DNA of 64,000 nucleotides. It comes from Lytechinus pictus. Its lineage: Eukaryota. The stretch is from positions 21,082,001 to 21,146,000 of the forward strand of contig NC_087250.1 in NCBI RefSeq assembly GCF_037042905.1, in the 5' to 3' direction. Positions 24,901 to 33,996 of the stretch are shown piece after piece; position 1 is the stretch's first letter; every line of letters starts with the position of its first letter. The translations under genes were made by a program, and so were the position numbers. The notes below the pieces were generated by a model that was given only the letters and a program-made list of their open reading frames with translations, was not told the DNA's origin and ran no database searches.

Positions 24901-26085
24901 ACTTGACAACAAACAGCAGTGGCAAGTCCTCTAATCCTGAGCCATCTTCTCTGTGAACCCAATCGTGCGCCATCTTAGCAACAGCTGTCGTCTTTCCTCG
25001 TCCAGCGGGAGCCGAAATAAGGATTCGAGATGGCAATGTTCCGTTTACTTTGGCTGAAAATATTTTTCCTGCAGAGCCTTGTAGTATTTCCTTTTCCTTA
25101 ATATCTCTCCCACGATCGTCCTTCTTTACCATGGTAACAACGGTGTGCATATCTTTAAACTCTGCATAATCATTATTGTTCCAAGGTGTCAATTGAATTT
25201 TACAAAGCTGGTTCGAGTATTTGTCCTCTAAGATTGTGCGACATTTTCGAACAGTCAGTGATTCCGATATCTTCTTACTGTAGGTATCTGGAACGATATA
25301 ACAAAAGCATTGAGTAGAATGAGTTCAACCACGTGATATCTGCCCTTTGAAATAGGACAAAGAGATGATTCGGAATAAGAAATACTTATGCGGGTCTTTT
25401 TTCCATTATTCAATATGATAGTACAAAAACAAGAATACATACCAAAGAAACAATCCCTTGAGGAAGGAAAAAATGAAAAATACTATGTAACGAAACTTGT
25501 TGCAAAATATTTACACTCAGAGGCAGATTAAAAGTGGAAAATAAGGCTGTCATAGTTATATCTAAAGCTTATTTTTTAGTATGAAGATTTTGTTTTATAC
25601 GCCCTAAAGTCTTCTTTATCTGATAAAAATGGAAAAGGTAAACTTTAAATATTCATTTTAAATTGATAGTTTGATGCTTCCTGGAGATAATTTTTTTTAT
25701 GGATAGATAAAAAAAAAAAAACATATTCATTTTTAATTCGTTGATGATTAATATATTATTTGGCCTGAATTGTATTTTCACCTTGGGTAGCTATCGTCTC
25801 TCTGAGATAAGTTTCAGCAAGCCTGATTAGATTAGCATCAATAAGTGCTTGCTTCAGCCTAGGATGCTGATTGGATGGCTCCACTCTCTGTCTCCAGTCA
25901 AACAGCATGTCACGTGTTCCCTTACACGTGACCCGTCCTTCCAGTCTGTTGGTCTCTGCGTATCTATTGATGGCTGCAGTGTTGAATCCTAGTGTTCGTC
26001 CCAAGGCCCCCATCTGTTCACTCGTCTCGATGTCTTCAGTTAGCTTACATAGAAGCTCATCTGGAATATCTCCTTGTGTTGCCAT
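6909..26085 (-). CDS. NLR-family innate immune receptor (DEATH-NACHT-LRR), spliced, 5 coding exons, about 845 aa
   Basis: join(complement 26085-25782, 25287-23717, 14773-14256, 12324-12228, 6956-6909) = 2538 nt. All four introns are GT-AG, with consistent phases 1, 0, 2, 0 and no internal stops. The DEATH+NACHT+LRR architecture is typical of sea urchin NLRs. Confidence 0.85.
8862..9558. mobile_element. Kolobok-like non-autonomous DNA transposon
   Basis: TTAA on both sides (8858-61, 9559-62). Imperfect TIR aggtcctatgaca / aggtgccatgaaa. Confidence 0.55.
12228..12324 (-). CDS. NLR coding exon 4 (97 nt)
   Basis: atatag|G CTA TAC... encodes (E)LYCRTMSNGKVASHVQHLHTKSPNDLHVLVYH, open in the phase required by exon 3. 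Ends at a consensus donor CAT|gtaagt. Confidence 0.7.
12384..12424. mobile_element. 41-bp perfect hairpin with CAAGG termini and 7-bp TSD (P-element-like footprint)
   Basis: caaggagatatcactcta-actcg-tagagtgatatctccttg, flanked by atcaaag at 12377-83 and 12425-31. Confidence 0.75.
13328..13922. mobile_element. Kolobok-like MITE
   Basis: TTAA TSD (13324-27, 13923-26). TIR aggggaatccagcc / ggttggattcccct. Confidence 0.75.
14256..14773 (-). CDS. NLR coding exon 3: leucine-rich repeats
   Basis: Acceptor tcctcaatag|GTT (phase 0). LRR-like units FPMLNSLTI, LPSITELS, LPALVYIKI, GQNLKIITL, TKNLKYLIL. Donor GA|gtatgt (phase 2). Confidence 0.85.
16539..17575 (+). mobile_element. Academ(H)-like non-autonomous element with RecQ-like helicase fragment
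   Basis: 27-bp inverted repeat at 16539-16565 and 17469-17495; 3' end ...gaggcta. ORF 16894-17169 contains KDLQVDEINSALKGQDVFVNLPTGYGK (SF2/RecQ Q-motif and motif I), then loses homology. Confidence 0.55.
16894..17090 (+). pseudogene. Truncated RecQ/SF2 helicase N-terminal fragment
   Basis: GQDVFVNLPTGYGKN matches the RecQ pattern G.DVF..LPTG.GKS; the downstream helicase motifs are absent. Confidence 0.65.
18083..18240 (+). mobile_element. SINE/L2-type 3' fragment
   Basis: ctgtaaagcgcttagacacg...tattaagcgctataaaaagcggattattattgttatt tail. Confidence 0.5.
19912..21267 (+). mobile_element. Helentron-associated non-autonomous element (HINE/DINE-like) with internal 163-bp tandem array
   Basis: Starts tttttgtctcgcctgcat; subterminal IR atgcaggcgagac near the 3' end; ends cttgtt. 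(GGC)n follows the 5' hairpin. ggtcac anchors at 20311, 20474, 20637, 20800 and 20963 give a period of 163. Confidence 0.75.
21538..22095. mobile_element. Kolobok-like palindromic MITE
   Basis: TTAA TSD (21534-37, 22096-99). TIR agggatagtctaggct / agcccggaccatccct, with extended internal inverted similarity. Confidence 0.75.
22964..23262. mobile_element. MITE with CCCGG...CCGGG termini (about 45-bp TIR)
   Basis: cccgggggaccacttccattgataagttgataccaggcgcgacca versus tggttgcgcctggtatccactcttcaatggaagtggccccccggg. Confidence 0.7.
23717..25287 (-). CDS. NLR coding exon 2: NACHT NTPase, winged-helix and HD2 region
   Basis: Acceptor ttccag|AT (phase 1) gives DTYSKKISESLTVRKCRTILEDKYSNQLCKIQLTPW, in frame with ORF 23708-25192. 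Motifs: Walker A ISAPAGRGKTT, Walker B HIVLDGLDEY, sensor-1 VLVTSRPH, GFS, TPLFCLMVC, WHD FYHKLAQEHAAG. Donor AAG|gtattc. Confidence 0.95.
25782..26085 (-). CDS. NLR coding exon 1: DEATH-fold domain
   Basis: MATQGDIPDELLCKLTEDI...LGRTLGFNTAAINRY...TRDMLFDWRQRV...LKQALIDANLIRLAE has the DEATH-domain helical pattern (LG..LG, ML..W, L..AL). Donor CAAG|gtgaaa, phase 1. AG acceptors lie just upstream of the ATG (26088-89 or 26095-96). Confidence 0.85.
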
Positions 26086-26620
26086 CGCTGCAGTCTAATA
26101 GACATAACAAAGAAGAATTATAATCTAATTGGAAAATTGAAATAAAAAAGAGTATTTGTTGTATCCGTTCATTATTGTACATCTTTAAATTAAACTGAAC
26201 TGAAGTCTATTAGTTCAATAATGTGCATCGTCTTCAAAATTCTTGGCGAGACTGTGTTGTTTCTGGGTTGTGTATGTCTCCATCGTGGGATTAGAAACCA
26301 ATTCAATTCAATACGATCATTACACAACCAAAAGGCTGTAATTAGCATGCTTACAATACAATTTTCACAAGTCATACATGGGTAAAAAGAACAAACAGTT
26401 ATACTGTAAAACTACAGTACTACATTACATAACGAAAATCAAGTCTTTAGATAACGACATTGTAAAACCTATAATTCAGTACAATTTCGGTGAACACAGG
26501 TCGATGAGTATTAGATAAAAAGCTGATTATCTCATATGTATTCTCTGATGCATTGTGTGCTGATCAAAAAGCGGCAGCTTGAGTTAAAATTTGAGTAATA
26601 ATAAGTAGGATGAGCCCAGG

Positions 26621-27880
26621 TATTTTTCTTTTTTTTTTCATTTCATTTATTTTCCACAAATCAATCAAAATACAAAAACATATAACTCATTCCAAAATAG
26701 TATGCATAATTACAATATAAATGCAGATTCAAAGTGGATGGACCTAAAGTAAAGCAAAAGCTTGTTGTGGATAGGCCCTTAACAAATAATTAATGTGTAA
26801 TCATTGATAGCTAAAAATAGTTACAGAAAAATAGAGCTGAGCTCGGAGAAAGTTACAGAAATGGACAAGGACGAAAACAGAGAACGTTACAAAGAACAGG
26901 GACACACAGGTTACTAGACAAGACAAGGAAGACAAAGCAAAACATAAAAGAAAGAAAGAAGGAAAGAAGACCCGTCTATCGTCAACCATATGGTAAGATT
27001 CATTCGCGAGCTTCATTCTCTGATTTCTCATAACTTCCACCTTTTCGCGATACGATAGGGTCTTGAAGAGGATGTGACGCGGTCGATCTTCTAGACGCTT
27101 CCCATCACGATGAGCTCTTTCTACTTTGACAGCGAGACCAAACTTTTCCTTCAATATTTTCTCAGTGATGTTGACGCAGTTTTCTTCTCCCGATGTCGAT
27201 TCTGGAATACCGATGATCCTGATGTTATTCCTTCGGGAAAATCGTTCACTTTTGTTGATCTCAACACGTTGATTGGCAACTTCGGATCGTAGTTTAGGCA
27301 CTTCCGATTCCATTTTTTTCATTATTTTCTCCAGGCTTGTATATTTCCCCTCCATTTCCGTTACTCTTCGACTCTCGTGTTCAATGGCAGAAGCCAGGTG
27401 CGTCTCAACTAGTTTTACGTTCTCCTTGAGTGAAGCGACGGTATCTCGTATCATCTTTTCGAACTTCTCCGTAGCTGCTTTGAAGTACCGATCTATTTCT
27501 CCACGGGTTACGTCATCGTTGTCATGCAAATTCAAGGAATCTGGAGAGCTGGAAATATCTTCTTGGTTCCTGGTGGTCTTCGGACGGGCCCCAGGGCCAC
27601 GGAGAGATCCGGCGTCTAGGGGTTTCGGCTCCCGTGGAGGCGTCTGAAGGTCCGAGATATCAGAAAGGTCCTCATCTTTGCCAGACTTGGATTCATCTTT
27701 CTCGGTCTTCCTTGACTTTTTCGTCGTCGTCTTCTTGCCATGTCTGGTCATGATGAATGTAGGATCCAATAAATCAACAAAAATAATCCAATATAATCCA
27801 AGAAATGTGAAAATATGAAGTTAGTTGAGAGAAATTACGGAGAGACTAGATGTCACGTCTTATTCGCAGGCGGCCATTTT
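26621..27880 (-). mobile_element. Non-LTR retrotransposon remnant with L1-type (Transposase_22/RRM) ORF1, truncated
   Basis: ORF 26801-27769 has a coiled coil followed by ERFSRRNNIRIIGIPE...VERAHR...RPRHILFK. Homology stops at MVDD (about 26978). A LINE-like 3' tail with aataaa and an A-rich end lies at about 26621-26790. Confidence 0.75.
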
Positions 27881-28514
27881 ACGATTATTGTTGTTTTATT
27901 ATTAATTTCGTTATTACTATTAGCAGTGTTATTGTAATTATTATTTTTTTTTACACTCTAGTGAGTTTTGGTTACTCCTATTGCTTATCATTATTACCAT
28001 TATTATTTCAAATATTTATTATCATTTACTAATATTAAAAACATCATATCTGCATTTTTTTTTTACTTTATGATACGAAATCATGATTATTCTCTCAGTT
28101 TCATTTGAATTTGCTTAGCTGAGTTGAATATTTATCCTCAAAGACTATGCGATACTTTCTAACGGTCAGAGACTCAGAAATATCCTCACTCTAGATATTT
28201 TGAATAATAAAAACGGACCAAAATTAGTTCAACCACGTGCTATCCGACAGTTGAAGAAATTAAATAAATCAACATAAAATAATGTGTGTTGTCACCCACG
28301 TCCGCATATGTGGATGTCATGTGACCTATCTAGCCAATCAGAGACATGTACCCTGCGAGATACCGTGCATACGGCACTTCGACAGAGTATATAAGGCCTG
28401 CTTTTACAAACTTTGCTTTTACAAACTGATCTGAGCTATATTATCTGTGGATATATATGAATTTGGAATATACGAATCTTAGTTCAGCAAAAGCGAAAGT
28501 CGTCTGAGAAGCTT

Positions 28515-30127
28515 ATGAACCAACTCTTTCGATTCGGACAGCGGATTGGTAAGCCTGTCAGCGAAATTCAAAAGCACATTTACAGTAAACTAACCAGCAT
28601 ACTAACAAAACCCAATGTTAACGGTACTTCTAATAATATTCAAACTATCCAAACAGAGGTAATGGAAACGGAAGAGACAGATATTTCTTCTGGAGAAGAA
28701 GCGTATTACCAAGCCGCAATTGGTAAGGTAATGAATACCCCGAGCAGTAATAGAAAACAAGGTATATTCCAATCTCATCTCAATAAAACAAATGATAGAG
28801 AGAGTTCTACAGAAGTTGAGAGTGAAATGGAGTGGCGAAAAGTGGAGAGAAAAAAGAGAAAGGCAAGTACAAGAACTATAAATGAAGATGACAGAAGAGT
28901 TAGGAAAGGAAGTTTCGAAAACAAAGAAGGGTCGTGTTCAAATCGTAAAAAAGGTAAGGAACAGAATATCAGAAATGAGAAAAAATCTATGATAGTAGAA
29001 ATAAGAGATGTTGGTGAGAAATCATGCATAAGCAAAATAAGCCCAGCAAGACTCATTAAAGAAATTACCTCGAAGTATGGAGAGGTGAGTAAAATTACGA
29101 AAGAAAAGGGAAGCCTAAAAGTTACTTGTATTGATGAAACACAGATGAAAAAGATTTTAGAAATGACTGGACTAATTCACACCCCTGTAAAGGTTGCACA
29201 ATATCTGCCCATAACTCAAATCCGCGGTGTTATTCATAAAGTAGGAAGAACTAAATGAGCTCCTGAAAGAACAAGGTGTGACGTATGTAAAGAGATTCAA
29301 TAAAAGAATAAACGGTGAATTATCACCAACCCCTTCTGTTCTACTAATATTCAAAGGGCCAAATCTTCCACACCATGTCTCCTTTCTATACCAAAAATAT
29401 GTAGTTGATGAGTTTGTCCCTACTGTAACAAGATGCCACAAATGCCAGCAATTTGGGCACATCCAAAAGAATTGCAAGGGTCATTTAAGATGTGTAAGAT
29501 GTGGTGAGGCCCACACTTTTGAAATGTGCCCCAATAAAGATCACCCAAAATGCTTGAGATGTAACCTTAATCATTCAGCGGCCTATCAAGGATGTACCTA
29601 TTATAAGGAAGCAAAAAATATTCAACATGTCAGCTTGCAAAATAATTTAACTTATGCTCAAGCAACAAAAATATACCATCAAGAAAAAAAGAGAAGAAAA
29701 TCATTCAAAAGATCGTGATTCATCAAACAAGAATATAATCAAACCCCCCAAAAGAAAGAAAATCCCTGATCAACCGAATATTTCGGAAGCTGACGTAGAA
29801 CAAATACCAATTACGGTAAAGAGGTCGACCATAAAAACGGCGACCATGTCCACACAAACAGAAACGGCGGAAAAGTCTGTTCAGACAGATGCGCAAGAAT
29901 TTACTTCTAATCATAGGCCTAATGAAGCAGAAGAATCTGGGCCTGTAATTCCCGCATCCACAGAAAATGCTAGAGTCGACTTTTTGGCATTCATCACTTT
30001 TATTGTAAATAACCTTGACAAAGAAACTTCACATTCAAACATAATTAGATTAGTGGTTGATGCAGCCAAGCGATGCTTAGACATCAACGAGGTGTCTCCA
30101 GAGATGATCCACGATCGTCTTCAGTAA
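28515..30127 (+). pseudogene. LINE ORF1 gag-like protein (frameshifted near 29250 and 29690)
   Basis: Pieces 28515-29258, 29278-29718 and 29654-30127. Zinc knuckles RCHKCQQFGHIQKNC, RCVRCGEAHTFEMC, KCLRCNLNHSAAYQGC. Confidence 0.85.
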
Positions 30128-30161
30128 TAAAGACAGCTCAAAGACTATCAACGCTCGGACT

Positions 30162-33100
30162 TTCAATATTTTACAATGGAATGCCCAAAGCATGAATGCT
30201 CACGGTCCAGGCTTTTACAAAGAGCTAATAGAAAGTGTAGAATTAAACTCACTCCCTGCCTTGATATGTTTACGAGAAACATGGTTCACTGATTTCAATA
30301 TATTAGCAATTCCAGATTTCATCCCAGTAATAAAAAATAGAGGCCAATGAGGAAGAGGAGGAATTGCAATATATGTGCATAAAACAGTTACTTTCAAAGA
30401 AGTTAATTTCCCTCAAATAAAGGTATATCAAAGAATTTACATTTTCACTTATGACAAGGTCATTTCATTAATCAATTATTATAATCCCTGTCAAAAGATA
30501 GAATTGCGCGAATTAGAAGATTTGATTGAAAATTGTTCAAAAAACATAATAATTACAGGTGATTTCAATTCACACAACCCTCTGTGGGGTAGCATAAAGC
30601 GAGATAGTAATGGGACATTAGTTGAAAACTTTATAACAAAACATGATTTAGTAGTATTGAATGATGGTACACCTACAAGAATGGACATCCATACAGGGAC
30701 AAGGTCTTGCCTAGACTTAACAATTGCTTCGAAGGAAATTGCCAGCAAACTAAAATGGAACGTGCTAGGAAATTTCGGGAGTGATCACAATGTCATCAAG
30801 TGCTCACTGCACGAAATAGAATATGTAGATCATAATATCAATCCTCATAAAAAGAATTGGTCCTTCAAGCATGTAAACTGGGAAATATATCGGGAAAAAA
30901 TGAAACATAAATTTAGTAAAATAAAGATATTACAATTTTCACACAATCTGAATATTCAAGATAAATACAATTTGATTTTGCAGATAATTAACGAAGTGGC
31001 AGAAGAAACCCTTCGCAAAGCAGGCCGAAATCGAAAAGCCAAAAACCCAGTTCCTTGGTGGACACTAGAATACCAAGAAGCAATTAAAGAAAGAAATAAA
31101 TATAGAAATCGATTAAATAGACATTTTAGAAAGGAGGACTTGGAAATGTATAGGAAAAAGAAAGCATATGCCCAAAAAATAAAGAGACGAACACAAAAGG
31201 AATACTGGTTAAATTACTGTCAGTCTTTGAGGAGAACATCCAACTTAGGAAAAGTATGGGAAATGGTAAAAGGACTACAAAATGGTTCTGTCTCAAAACA
31301 TATATTTCCCAATTTATTAACAGAAAACAATACACCAGTAGCTAATGCTCAAGAAAAGGCAGAATTGGTTGCTAAGGCTTTTAAAATGATAGACAATCGA
31401 TTAGACAATGAGGAGATTATTAGAAGAAATTCATTTGAAAATTTAATACAAAATACGATCAAAGAAAGCTGCTCCTCTGAATCACCTCTTGATGATGAAT
31501 TTACATATGATGAATTAACAAGCGCTGTTAAAGAAATGAAAAATTCTGCAGCAGGAACAGATGGTATCAAATCAATTATGATACAACACCTACCGAAAAT
31601 AGCTTTTCAGTTCATATTAGTTTTAGTAAACAATATTTGGAATTCCTCAATTCTACCCTCAGATTGGCATTATTCTACCCAGATCCCTGTACTTAAACCA
31701 GGTAAAGACCCAACAAACCCTTCTTCATATCGACCTATTTCCTTGACATCAACTTTCTCCAAACTGATGGAAAGAATGGTTAAAAATAGACTTGTATAGT
31801 TCATGGAGCGATGCAGTATCCTGACACCAACACAGGCAGGATTTAGAAAAAATAGAAGTTCTTTAGATCAGCTCCTTAGATTAGAAACGGACATACAGAA
31901 AGGATTGGCTAACAAGGAGTATGTCCTAGTTATTTTCATTGACCTTGAAAAGGCATACGACCTTTTATGGAGAAAGGGAATAGTATTTAAATGTCATCAA
32001 GCTGGTATAAAAGGAAAAATGTTACAGTGGATTAATTCATTTTTACAAGATCGATATTGCAAGGTAAAAATTAATGGCCAGTTATCTTCACAATTTGTTC
32101 TGGAAAATGGAACGCCCCAAGGTAGTGTTATTAGTCCAATTTTGTTCAATTTAATGTTGAATGATCTAAAACTGATAGAAAAATCTGTAAAAATCTCTAT
32201 GTATGCCGATGATATTGCCGTATGGTGCTCAGGCAGAAATCTTGACTTTTTACAAAAGAAAATGCAGAAAGCTATAAAAGAAATTGAACAGTGGTGCTCA
32301 ACCTGGAGTATGATTATTTCTCCTCAAAAGTCTGCTGTTATGATTTTTACGAATATGCAGCATATAGAGGTAAATATTAAGGTTAAAGATAACTCTATAC
32401 CACAATACAAAGAATATAAGTTTCTGGGTATTTGGTTTGATGTGAAACTCACCTGGAAAAAGCACATCGATTATATAAAACTCAAATGTTCAAAAAGAAT
32501 CAATTTGTTACGGTGTATAGCAGGAACAAGTTGGGGAAATAATAAAACGATTCTTTATATAATATACAAAGGTCTTATTAGATCCATATTAGACTACGGA
32601 TGTGAGTTATACGACTCGGCTAGCCTTTCGCTAAAACAAGAATTAGATTCAATCCAATATCAGTCACTGAAAATAATAACTGGTGCAGTATATAACCCTG
32701 CCCTTGAAGCACTTCAGGTAGAATGTGGTGAAAGACCTTTACAACTAAGAAGAGAACTGTCTGTTGACAAATACATGTTTGATCTTTTAACAAACAGAGA
32801 TAGTCATCATCCTACTTTAGAAATGATTGAACCTTCCTGGTATATTGATCAATTTACTTGGAAATCAGGTCGTGGACCCTTTGTAGTCAGAGCATGTAAG
32901 CCAAATGAAGAGATCCAAATTAAACAACTAAGCCAAAGAATATTACGAGAACCTCTTAGGTCATATGAAATACCTAATATATCTTACTATATCCATAAGA
33001 TTATCAATAAACAACGTAACTTAGTACAAGATATGAAAAACTGTGTCTCAGAAAGGATACATACAAGATGGAAAGGTTATTTAAATATCTACACTGATGG

Positions 33101-33996
33101 ATCAAAACAAGAAGACAAGAGAACCGGCTCTGCTTTTTATATACCAGAACTGGATATTAAAAGATTCTATAGATTAAATTCTGTAAGTATAATGAGAGCC
33201 GAATTAACAGCAATGGTAATGGCACTTGATTGGCTAGGAGATAACAGAGGTATGTCCGTGGTAATTTTTACAGATTCGTTGTCTGCTCTTCAAGCACTTG
33301 AAAGCAATCGTATACAAAACAATCTTATTGTTGATATCTTGTATAAAATCAAAGTTTTACAATCATCATATATTTATGTCAATTTTGAATGGATACCATC
33401 CCATTGTGGTATTCACGGGAACGATGTGGCAGACCTTTTAGCAAAAAAAAGGAGCATCAAACGAACAAGTTGAATTAAACATTCCATATATCAAAGAGGA
33501 ATGGAAAACCCACATGTCTTTGATTTATAAAGAAATATGGCAGGCTCAATGGGTATCCTCATCTAAAGGAAGACATTTATTTAGCATCCAACCCAACGTG
33601 GCAGATACAATTAGTTATCAAGGTCTCATTCGGTTTGAAGAGACTATGATACACCGTTTAAGACTCGGAAAATGTAAATTAAATTATTATCTGTATAAAT
33701 TTAATCAACATGAAAATGGTCTATGTTCCCATTGTCAGGTTCCTGAGACAATAAAACATTTTTTACTACAATGTAAGAAATATGAAAGAGAAAGAAGAAT
33801 TATGCAAAGAAGCCTGAAATTAAACAAGCCAATATCAGATCTAGCAACATTATTGGGAAGAAATGCAGATTATAAAGTCATCCTGAATTACGTGAAAAAA
33901 CAAATATATTCGAATAAGAATATTCCACTGATCTCTTTCCATCTCTTTCTCTCTCTCTCTCTTCCTTTTGTTCTGATGATTAGTGATAATTCTTAG
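30162..33996 (+). pseudogene. LINE ORF2: AP endonuclease, reverse transcriptase, RNase H, zinc finger (disrupted)
   Basis: APE: ILQWNAQS, CLRETW, GDFNSH, GSDH. RT: YRPISLTS, DLEKAYD, GTPQGSVISP, YADD. RNase H: IYTDGSK, AEL, TDSLS, WIPSHCGIHGNDVAD. Zinc finger: CSHCQVPETIKHFLLQC. Stops at 30348 and 31797; frameshift in the A-run near 33445. Confidence 0.92.

Noticed and set aside
27273..27647. Antisense ORFs overlapping LINE and NLR coding regions (also 14343-14585, 25871-26098, 28775-29056)
   Set aside because: Shadow ORFs on the opposite strand of real coding sequence.
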